From the IMG/VR virus record IMGVR_UViG_3300005573_000062, positions 32,001 to 96,000 of that record: DNA of 64,000 nucleotides; one strand, given 5' to 3'. Shown piece after piece: positions 50,044-57,777 of the stretch. Both the position numbers and the translations under genes were made by a program. Every line of letters begins with the position of its first letter. The first letter of the stretch is position 1. The notes below the pieces were generated by a model that saw nothing but the letters and a program-made list of their open reading frames with translations, ran no database searches and was not told where the DNA came from. The DNA comes from a virus.

Positions 50044-51161
50044 GAGTGGGATATTCTTTTTGGGGAATATTTTCTGAAGTAAACGTTGATATGCCATCGA
50101 CCATAAATTCATACGTTCCTTGGATTATTCTTGGATTGCTTGAAAAAAAGTGTAAAGTATATCCTCTTCAAATCAATTTAGATGAACACTTTAGTAGAAA
50201 ATTTAATAAAAAGATAAATTTTACATATTTATATGATTCATACTCTATCGAAAAAGTATATAAGCATCTTTTTGAAAATTCTACAATCATTCCTGGAATA
50301 TCACTTCCAGATTTAGATTTAGTGATAATAGATTGGAGATGGCCGATTCCAGGAAGAAATACTGAAAAAGATAGAAAATTTCCTGATTTTACTCCAGATT
50401 TAGTTCGGCAGAATGAGATTTTGGAACATTATTCAAAAAGAAATACACAAATAATAGTGCTAGATCTTGATCATAAAGTTACAATAGAAGATGAAAAGAA
50501 ATGGGAGTTTCACATCATAGAACCTGCTATTCAGCCTAAAAATCAATATATAAAAAGGGTTTCATCTGTTTTGCCTTATAAATTTTTTAAAATATATTAT
50601 CAGGGAATGAAAGATAGAAATTCTTTGATAACATATGTTGGAAACAATTATGAAAGAGAAAGAGCTATTAATGAATATATTTATCCAATATCGACAAAAG
50701 ATAGATTTAAAAATAAAATAACTTTTTATGGAAATTGGATAAAATATGATAAAGTATATAAAGAGTTAATAACTAAATGGCCTTATTTTAATTATTTAGG
50801 TAAGGTAACAAAAGAAGATTATTTATATGTATATGGGAAAAGTTATACTACTCCATTGCTAGCTAAAGATAGTTATTATAAGTATGGTTTTATGACCCCT
50901 AGGCAGATTGAATCTGTATTGTATGGGTGTATTCCTGTTGGTTTTTCTGAGCATTTAGGTATTGATAAATTTATTCCAAAGAAATTTATTGTTAAAGATT
51001 ATAATGAGTATATTAATCTTTTAAATGAGTTATTATCTGTAACGGAAAGAGACTATAATAATTATCTTCATTCTTTTGAAGACTTTTTTCATATGTATGA
51101 TTATAAAAAGTTTGCAGATTTGTTACTAAAATTATGTGAGGAGGCTCCGTGCCTCTTATAA
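50040..51161 (+). CDS. GT-B glycosyltransferase (putative DNA glycosyltransferase)
   Basis: YVGN.YER, FYGNW, Y.GKV, FMTPR.IES..YGCIP, resembling the C-terminal motif of T4 beta-glucosyltransferase-like enzymes. Confidence 0.7.
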   Translation: MRVGYSFWGIFSEVNVDMPSTINSYVPWIILGLLEKKCKVYPLQINLDEHFSRKFNKKINFTYLYDSYSIEKVYKHLFENSTIIPGISLPDLDLVIIDWRWPIPGRNTEKDRKFPDFTPDLVRQNEILEHYSKRNTQIIVLDLDHKVTIEDEKKWEFHIIEPAIQPKNQYIKRVSSVLPYKFFKIYYQGMKDRNSLITYVGNNYERERAINEYIYPISTKDRFKNKITFYGNWIKYDKVYKELITKWPYFNYLGKVTKEDYLYVYGKSYTTPLLAKDSYYKYGFMTPRQIESVLYGCIPVGFSEHLGIDKFIPKKFIVKDYNEYINLLNELLSVTERDYNNYLHSFEDFFHMYDYKKFADLLLKLCEEAPCLL

Positions 51162-51685
51162 TTTTTGATTCTTATGATTGTGCAGGGAAAACGACTTTAC
51201 TTAATGAATTTATTAAAAAGACAAAGTACCCTATATCTGAATCGTTTTTAAATCAAAGACCGAAATTCAAGAACCCCGATGAGAATTATCTCTGGTCGAA
51301 AGCATGGCACTATGGTATTCTTGGAATTCTTAAATCCTGTGATATTAATTTAGTAGTCGATCGGTTTATAATGTCTGAATATTGTTATTCTATTGTTCTT
51401 AGAGGTTATAAAATTGATTACTTTGATGATTATATTAAAGAACTAAAAAAATGTAAAACCAGAGTGACCTGGGTTTACCCGACACTAAATAATAGTAATT
51501 GGTTAAAGGAGCTTAAAAGAAGATATACTGATAAAAAAGAGGATTATATAAGTTTTAATAAGTTATTATCAGTGAAGAAAATGTATGATTCATTATTTCG
51601 CAGTTTTTCTTTAACTAAAATTAAGATTAATACTATGGAATCTATAGATAAGTGTATTGATAGATTAACAGGAGAGTTGTCATGA
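51149..51685 (+). CDS. deoxynucleoside monophosphate kinase
   Basis: P-loop D.YDCAGKTT, VVDRF..SEY.Y. Confidence 0.8.
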   Translation: MPLIIFDSYDCAGKTTLLNEFIKKTKYPISESFLNQRPKFKNPDENYLWSKAWHYGILGILKSCDINLVVDRFIMSEYCYSIVLRGYKIDYFDDYIKELKKCKTRVTWVYPTLNNSNWLKELKRRYTDKKEDYISFNKLLSVKKMYDSLFRSFSLTKIKINTMESIDKCIDRLTGELS

Positions 51686-52395
51686 AGATAATAAAGTTGG
51701 AAGAAATTGATATTAATAAATATACTAATTTTTCTTGGGATTTGCAAACTGATTTATTGAAATACGAGGATGACCTGATTTCTAAGGATGCTGCTTGCAT
51801 AGAAATGAGTAAATATAAATTTTCAGATTCCCGAGTACTTAATTTTTTGACTCTTACTTCTTTGCCTTTTTATACTAGAGAAGATGATATTCATTCTTCT
51901 ATTCTATCCCTTCTGTGGGGATTTACTAAATGTTCTAAATGTGACACTACTGTAAAAAGATACACAGGTATTACGGGGAATCTAAAACCGAAATTTCTAT
52001 TTATAGGAGAGGCTCCAGGGGTAGGAGATGGGGAAAAATCTATAATGGATAGAACACTAGTATATGGTCCGACATCTCATTTAGTTCGTCAGACTCTATT
52101 AGAACTTGGACTTATACAGTATAGTGCATTTACGAATTTATTAAAATGTTCTTTACCTAACAACAGACCAGGATATGCGAATGAATATTCTAATTGTCTT
52201 TATTTTCTTCAAAATGAAATAAATGCGCTAAATCCGAAAGTAGTTATTCTTTTCGGATCTCGAGTAAATACTTATTTATCTAAACATTTAACAGTTCCTT
52301 TTATTAAAATAAATCATCCGACCTATTATATTTATGAACATAAAGAGCATTTATTTAAAGAAGAATTAAATGCTAAAATAATTAAATATCGTTAA
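51682..52395 (+). CDS. uracil-DNA glycosylase family 4-like protein
   Basis: CSKC, FIGEAPG, TNLLKC, NR, C...L..EI..LNP, HP. Confidence 0.85.
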   Translation: MKIIKLEEIDINKYTNFSWDLQTDLLKYEDDLISKDAACIEMSKYKFSDSRVLNFLTLTSLPFYTREDDIHSSILSLLWGFTKCSKCDTTVKRYTGITGNLKPKFLFIGEAPGVGDGEKSIMDRTLVYGPTSHLVRQTLLELGLIQYSAFTNLLKCSLPNNRPGYANEYSNCLYFLQNEINALNPKVVILFGSRVNTYLSKHLTVPFIKINHPTYYIYEHKEHLFKEELNAKIIKYR

Positions 52396-52409
52396 CATTT
52401 GGAGGAACA

Positions 52410-53324
52410 ATGATTGAATATTTAAGTGTTGATAGAATTAATCATATAATACAAGGGTATAACATAAATGATGTTTTTTTAAAACTAGCAGAACATATAC
52501 TTAGCAAAGGTAAAAAAGTTTCTCCTCGTGGTATAAATACATTAGAAGTTAGTCCTCTTATGACTATTATAGAAAAACCTTCTGATAATATTATTTTATT
52601 TAAAGAGAGAAAGTTGAATAGATTATTTTCAGCAATGGAATTATGTTGGATTTTAAGTGGGGATGAGGATCCATGGATTATTGAATATTTAAAAACTTTA
52701 AATAATTATACTGATGAATTTGAAGGAAAAAGGTATCTAATGGGAGCGTATGGTCCTAGGATAAGAAAGTATACAGCAATTGATCCTATTACCAAAAAAG
52801 TGGATACTATTGATCAGTTGAAATATGTTGTAGATAAACTGTCAACGGATAAAGATAGTAGACAGGCTATTATAGTTATTTGGAATCCCACAGCAGACAC
52901 AAGGAAAAATAAGGATATTCCCTGTACAAATCTTATGAAATTTTCAATTAGGGATAACAAACTTAATATGACAGTATTTATGAGAAGCAATGATTTATAT
53001 CGTGGAAGTTGTTATGATTTTTTTAATTTTACTTCTATTCAATGTCTTTTAGCAGGTATTTTAAATGTTCAAATCGGAACTTACTATCATATTGCCGATA
53101 GTCATCATATCTATGAGTCAGACATTTCAAAGATTGAAAATATTTTAAAAAATTCAGATACTATAAAAACAGATTTTCCTGAAATAATTAATTCTGAAAG
53201 ATATATATCTATTGATGAATTAGATGCTGATCTAAAAGGTAGAAATGCTCCTTTGATACATAATAAATATATATCTAATCTTTATAGGTGGGTCGATGAA
53301 AATAAGAAAAAGAATTTGCTTTAA
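52410..53324 (+). CDS. thymidylate synthase homologue, dCMP hydroxymethylase-type
   Basis: AYGPR, DSRQA, DIPC, MRSND......YD (Asp at the position of ThyA Asn177), S.HIYE. Confidence 0.85.
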   Translation: MIEYLSVDRINHIIQGYNINDVFLKLAEHILSKGKKVSPRGINTLEVSPLMTIIEKPSDNIILFKERKLNRLFSAMELCWILSGDEDPWIIEYLKTLNNYTDEFEGKRYLMGAYGPRIRKYTAIDPITKKVDTIDQLKYVVDKLSTDKDSRQAIIVIWNPTADTRKNKDIPCTNLMKFSIRDNKLNMTVFMRSNDLYRGSCYDFFNFTSIQCLLAGILNVQIGTYYHIADSHHIYESDISKIENILKNSDTIKTDFPEIINSERYISIDELDADLKGRNAPLIHNKYISNLYRWVDENKKKNLL

Positions 53325-53484
53325 CTGTGGGAAAGTTAAAAGTATTAAATATTTTACTTCTGATTTTAGAATTTGTAATACTTGTTTGAAAGAAAAACTT
53401 GAGTATTCAATCAATCAAGTCAAAGAAAAGAGTAATGACATCTTGAGATATAACATAGCTTTTTTTAAGAGGAAATTGAAATGA
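53296..53484 (+). CDS. small Zn-ribbon protein
   Basis: CFNC...CNTC. Confidence 0.55.
   Translation: MKIRKRICFNCGKVKSIKYFTSDFRICNTCLKEKLEYSINQVKEKSNDILRYNIAFFKRKLK
53449..53468 (+). promoter_or_regulatory. candidate phage late promoter motif
   Basis: TATAACATAGCTTTTTTTAA upstream of the ATG at 53481. Confidence 0.5.
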
Positions 53485-53795
53485 AAAAGCTTTTCGATTC
53501 AGCTAAAAAATATATAACCGAAAAAGATTTTGATTATTATCAAGACTATTTGCAACTTAGAAAAATGTTATATGAATTAATTGTTGAATTTAAGTATGAG
53601 TTGAAAAATCAAAATATTTCTTTAGTAGAAATTGCAGATATAAATACAATTTTAAAGGATTTTGATTCATACGTAGAAAGTATTGTTAAACACTCTCCAG
53701 ATAATGAAAATGAGTTAGAAAATTATTTAGTTGAAAGATTAAAACATCTTTTTGGAGTAGAAAAATTTGATATTAATTTTGAAATAAAAAAATAA
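53481..53795 (+). CDS. hypothetical protein
   Basis: 104 aa ORF with GAGG RBS. Confidence 0.65.
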   Translation: MKKLFDSAKKYITEKDFDYYQDYLQLRKMLYELIVEFKYELKNQNISLVEIADINTILKDFDSYVESIVKHSPDNENELENYLVERLKHLFGVEKFDINFEIKK

Positions 53796-53837
53796 CTGTG
53801 TACATAGTGTTGTAAAATTTGATATAATTTTAGAAAG

Positions 53838-54248
53838 ATGATCATAAAAGACTGGGATAATCACCTCCAATATCTAGTTAGGAAATTTTTTGAGTCTCCT
53901 TTAGATGACGCAACACTTAAGGAATACCTATTTAAAAAACACCAAATCGACGATACTGAAGAAAAAGACGAAAAAGTTAGAAAGCTTAAAATCATTTTTC
54001 ATCTTTTGCACAATAATTTTTTCGCTCCTCAAGAAACTAAAGTATTGTCGCTATATCTAGGATGGATGAATGATCGTTGGATCAAACCTAGAAAAATATC
54101 TGATATTGCTAAAATAATGGGTATTAGTCAGGCGGTTACTTACAACTATTTTATGAATGCAGTTAAGAAGTTAAGGAAGTATTTCTCGGTCGAAAATAAT
54201 AGGGAGGACTATTATGGTAATAAAAGAAGCCGAAAAGGTTCCGTTTGA
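53838..54248 (+). CDS. sigma70 region-4-like HTH protein
   Basis: E.KVL.LY.G...KISDIAKIMGISQ..TY.....AVKKLR. Confidence 0.75.
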   Translation: MIIKDWDNHLQYLVRKFFESPLDDATLKEYLFKKHQIDDTEEKDEKVRKLKIIFHLLHNNFFAPQETKVLSLYLGWMNDRWIKPRKISDIAKIMGISQAVTYNYFMNAVKKLRKYFSVENNREDYYGNKRSRKGSV

Positions 54249-55881
54249 GACATTTCAGTTAGCTAAAAAGTATATAAAAGGAGATCCAGAAGGAAGTTAC
54301 GAAAAATTTTTAGATATAAGATCTGCTATTTATGAAGCTACAAATGAAGCGATTTCTGATCTGATAAGTAATAAAGGAATATATGTAGATAGAAAAAAAT
54401 TATCAGATTTTGATGAATTTTTAAGAGATTTTATTTCTAATTCTCCAAATGATCCATCACAACTCGATTCTTATATTGATGATAAAATTTTTAAATATTT
54501 GACTTCGACTATTGGTACTTCAAAAAGGAGAGTAACAAAAGAAAAGAAACCAGTTGTCGAAGAGGTTGAGAAAAAACCGGTTGAAGAAAAAGAAGTTGCC
54601 AAAAAAGTTAGAGAAAAAGGAATAGATCCTTATGAAGTGGAAACTCGAAAAATAATAAAAGATATAAGAGATGGAGTGAATTACGATGAAAACCTTTCCA
54701 AATTATTTGAAATGTATATAGATATGATTAAAAATATTGTATATAAGCATCCAGGCTTAGTTGAATTTTCAGCAAGAGAATCTGAAGGATATAAAAAAGA
54801 AAAGATACCTGGTTCTGTTTATATCGATCCTAAGATAGAAGACATTATTGCAGAAGCAATCGATCCATTTATGAAAGCGATTAAAGATTTTGATTTAGAA
54901 GGAGACACGAAATTTTCTACTTTTTTATATACCTATGTTGATCAATATTTTAAGAATTTGTATACTACTAAACAAATTTCAAAACTGCGCCAAGAAGGTG
55001 AGTTTGATTTTGTTTTAACTCGTGATACCGGAAAAATAGATAAATTAGAAGATTATAATTCAGCGAAATTAATAGGATTCAATATTGAGGAAAGTAAAAT
55101 AATAGATAGCACTGGGAAAGAATATATTGAAAATAAGGATTATAAGTTTGATGGTACAGAGATAGAATGGATTGGAGATTCTCCTAAAGAAGGAAATGAA
55201 TATCAAATTTTTATTGAAACATCTAAACCATACAAAGAGATTAGCTTATCTTCTCCTCTATCAGAGGATGAAGAATCTGAATCAACTTTAGAAGAAACTA
55301 TTCCTGAATCTTCTGTAGATATTTTAAAATTATTAGAATCCGAAGCTGATAAGATAAGAGAACAATATGCTCAGTCTGTTGGGTATGATTTAAGTGAAGA
55401 AGATAAAGACATGGGAGATCTAATAAATAAAATATGGGTGGCGATACGCGCCGAAGAGGAAGACAAAAAAAGAAGATTAGAGGACAAAGAAATTAAGGAT
55501 ATAATTTTGAAAATGATAGAAAATTCTACTGGAATAGCAATTAGTGATCTTGATTTAGAAGATACAGAAGAAAAAATTTTATATGATAAATTAGTATCGG
55601 CTGTTGATGAAATTTATAACTATCTTGTAAAAGAAAAATTAACGATTACTGATGCTAAAAAGAAAATGACTTTTTTTGATTTAATACAAGATTACGATGA
55701 AGGAACAGCTAGAAGGATAATGATGGATAGGTTTGGAGTTATTCCTTCTACCCTGACAGAGTGGCTAAGTAGGCATGTGAATCCTAGTATCGCTAAAGTG
55801 CTAGGGATAGAATTTAATACCCCAGATGGTAAATTATCATCTGAACATTTATACCAATTAATAAAAACTCAAGCTAAATAA
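54214..55881 (+). CDS. large sigma-factor-like protein (regions 2-3) with Ig-like insertion
   Basis: L...Y..MI..IV, EDII.EA...FMKAIKDFD....KFSTFLY (region 2); ISL.SPL.ED....TLEETI (region 3). Confidence 0.65.
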   Translation: MVIKEAEKVPFETFQLAKKYIKGDPEGSYEKFLDIRSAIYEATNEAISDLISNKGIYVDRKKLSDFDEFLRDFISNSPNDPSQLDSYIDDKIFKYLTSTIGTSKRRVTKEKKPVVEEVEKKPVEEKEVAKKVREKGIDPYEVETRKIIKDIRDGVNYDENLSKLFEMYIDMIKNIVYKHPGLVEFSARESEGYKKEKIPGSVYIDPKIEDIIAEAIDPFMKAIKDFDLEGDTKFSTFLYTYVDQYFKNLYTTKQISKLRQEGEFDFVLTRDTGKIDKLEDYNSAKLIGFNIEESKIIDSTGKEYIENKDYKFDGTEIEWIGDSPKEGNEYQIFIETSKPYKEISLSSPLSEDEESESTLEETIPESSVDILKLLESEADKIREQYAQSVGYDLSEEDKDMGDLINKIWVAIRAEEEDKKRRLEDKEIKDIILKMIENSTGIAISDLDLEDTEEKILYDKLVSAVDEIYNYLVKEKLTITDAKKKMTFFDLIQDYDEGTARRIMMDRFGVIPSTLTEWLSRHVNPSIAKVLGIEFNTPDGKLSSEHLYQLIKTQAK

Positions 55882-55883
55882 AT

Positions 55884-56561
55884 ATGGATCAGAAAATTAA
55901 AAATGAGATTTTTCTTTTACCTTCTGATGTTCAGTATGACATAAATGCTTGGATAGTTGAAGGACACAAACCTGCTAAGATAGACGAATTACTTCACAAC
56001 AAATGGGAATCAAAGATTGGCACTTTCCCTTCGAAAAGTCAACTTTATAAATATATCGCATGGTTTAAAAATTCAGAGGAAGGCAAAAAAATAAAACAAG
56101 AATTCGAAGTATCCATTACAGATGAAGAATCGACCGAGATGTTAAAAAAATTGAAAAATGATACGATATCGATTGGAGATAAAAAGAAGATTCTTCAGTT
56201 ATTAATACATAAATCAATGTTAAGAATTAAGAAAATAGAAACGATACAGGATCAATCTCTTATACCTGCCATGGAAAATTGTTTGATTAAACATCAATCT
56301 GAAATAAGAGAATTTATTGAGTTGTTAGCTGAGCTTGATAAAGAAATGGCCCCGGAGAAAGAAGTAATTGTAAATATAATAGATACTCGACTTCTTCCTA
56401 TTATACATGCTTTTTATCGTGTAGTTCAAACTGTGGTTCCTGAAAAGTTAGAAACAATTAAAGTTAGATTAAAAGAAGAACTTCAAAAAATATTTTCATC
56501 CGACCGGAATTCAATAATCGAACAAAAACTTCTGGAGAATGATAATGTTAAAAAAGATTAA
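55884..56561 (+). CDS. HTH protein, Mu gp27/DUF3486-like (possible small terminase)
   Basis: I..LP.DV...I......G.....I...L......S.S.LY.Y N-terminus, then helices. Confidence 0.4.
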   Translation: MDQKIKNEIFLLPSDVQYDINAWIVEGHKPAKIDELLHNKWESKIGTFPSKSQLYKYIAWFKNSEEGKKIKQEFEVSITDEESTEMLKKLKNDTISIGDKKKILQLLIHKSMLRIKKIETIQDQSLIPAMENCLIKHQSEIREFIELLAELDKEMAPEKEVIVNIIDTRLLPIIHAFYRVVQTVVPEKLETIKVRLKEELQKIFSSDRNSIIEQKLLENDNVKKD

Positions 56562-56805
56562 ATTCTTTTTTCATATATTATCTTTTTTTAAAGATTTGCT
56601 TCCCATTTTAAAGGATAAATCTGAGGTCATCCTTAAGATTAAAGTAGATAATAGTATACATATTATAGACTATTCTATTAATCGAGAAAATGTTTTATCG
56701 TCTTTGAAATTTCTTCCGGGGTCTGAGTTGCCTAATAGTTTTAAAGTAGATTTTATTAAAACTTTTGGAAGAATTGCATCGAAATCAAATTTGAAATCTC
56801 AGTAA
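56539..56805 (+). CDS. hypothetical protein
   Basis: 88 aa ORF with GGAG RBS. Confidence 0.55.
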   Translation: MIMLKKIKFFFHILSFFKDLLPILKDKSEVILKIKVDNSIHIIDYSINRENVLSSLKFLPGSELPNSFKVDFIKTFGRIASKSNLKSQ

Positions 56806-56823
56806 TATAACATTACTTTTAAT
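56806..56823 (+). promoter_or_regulatory. candidate phage late promoter motif
   Basis: TATAACATTACTTTTAAT followed by AGGAGG. Confidence 0.55.
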
Positions 56824-56836
56824 ATTAGGAGGGCGG

Positions 56837-57139
56837 ATGTATCATCTTGTTGATGTTTTAGGCAGTTTTGGAGATAGTAAATCTCATTATATTGAGGAAG
56901 CATACGAAGTTATCAGATTAGCATATCCTTATAAAAAATTTACAGTTAAGAAGATACACCAAATAGTTAAAAAATATTTAGATTACGGATTGCTGAAAAA
57001 AGAAAAGGATGATTTATTTAAAGGTTATTTTAAAGTGACAATTACAAAGAAAGGATTAGAAGCGCTAGAATATTATAGAAACGGGCAAGGTTATAAGAAA
57101 TTAGAAGAGGGAGTTCTTAAAAATCCTATTGGAGGATAA
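56837..57139 (+). CDS. winged-helix DNA-binding protein
   Basis: GLLKK...V.ITKKG.EAL wing motif (PadR/MarR-like). Confidence 0.6.
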   Translation: MYHLVDVLGSFGDSKSHYIEEAYEVIRLAYPYKKFTVKKIHQIVKKYLDYGLLKKEKDDLFKGYFKVTITKKGLEALEYYRNGQGYKKLEEGVLKNPIGG

Positions 57140-57141
57140 CG

Positions 57142-57777
57142 ATGGATCTATTATCAAGTCTTTTTAACGACGAAATAAATAACGAAGTTAGCAATGAAAC
57201 GGTGATTGAGAAATATGCTAAAAGGCATTCTTCAAATATAGAAAAAGAGGAACCTGGGACTATTCAAGATTTGCTTATACAAATGAAAGAAGAATTTTTA
57301 AATGGTCTTTCTAATGACAATCTTGCCCAACTTTATACTGAAATTAAATTAAGTAAAGAGGATAAAAGCGTTTCATTGAATTTTAAAGAAGAATATGATA
57401 AAGCAATAGAAGAGACAAATAAGAATAGAGCCAAAATTATAGACTATATTGTTAAAAACATGCCAGAAGAAAGACTCGGGAAAACTGCTTCTATATCTCC
57501 TTTGTGGACAGTTTCTAGGGTTAACGGTCAAGATGTTATAGTTCGACTTTATGGAGATCCTTTTGAGACGGTTGAGGATCCAAATGATTATTCAATGAAA
57601 TTATTGACTAATCTGGGGATTCTTAATCAAGGGGATATGGTTGAAACTGCTAGCTTAAATGGAGAATTTGTAGGAATTTGTAATTCTTTTAGTCCTTATA
57701 TACTAGTTAAGTCTTCAACTCAATTCGAGAGAATTAGACCTTCTGAAATAATTAGGATTTATGGAAAAGCTGATTAA
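57142..57777 (+). CDS. hypothetical protein
   Basis: 211 aa ORF with GGAGG RBS. Confidence 0.7.
   Translation: MDLLSSLFNDEINNEVSNETVIEKYAKRHSSNIEKEEPGTIQDLLIQMKEEFLNGLSNDNLAQLYTEIKLSKEDKSVSLNFKEEYDKAIEETNKNRAKIIDYIVKNMPEERLGKTASISPLWTVSRVNGQDVIVRLYGDPFETVEDPNDYSMKLLTNLGILNQGDMVETASLNGEFVGICNSFSPYILVKSSTQFERIRPSEIIRIYGKAD

Noticed and set aside
783-53414. Many short minus-strand or alternate-frame ORFs in the track (e.g. 783-1028, 13431-13757, 39156-39533, 35111-35323)
   Set aside because: They lie wholly within well-supported + strand genes, lack RBS or motifs, and read as shadow frames.
53800-53828. sigma70 promoter before the sigma4-like gene
   Set aside because: TATAAT is present at 53823, but there is no TTGA -35 box at 17 nt spacing; too weak to call.
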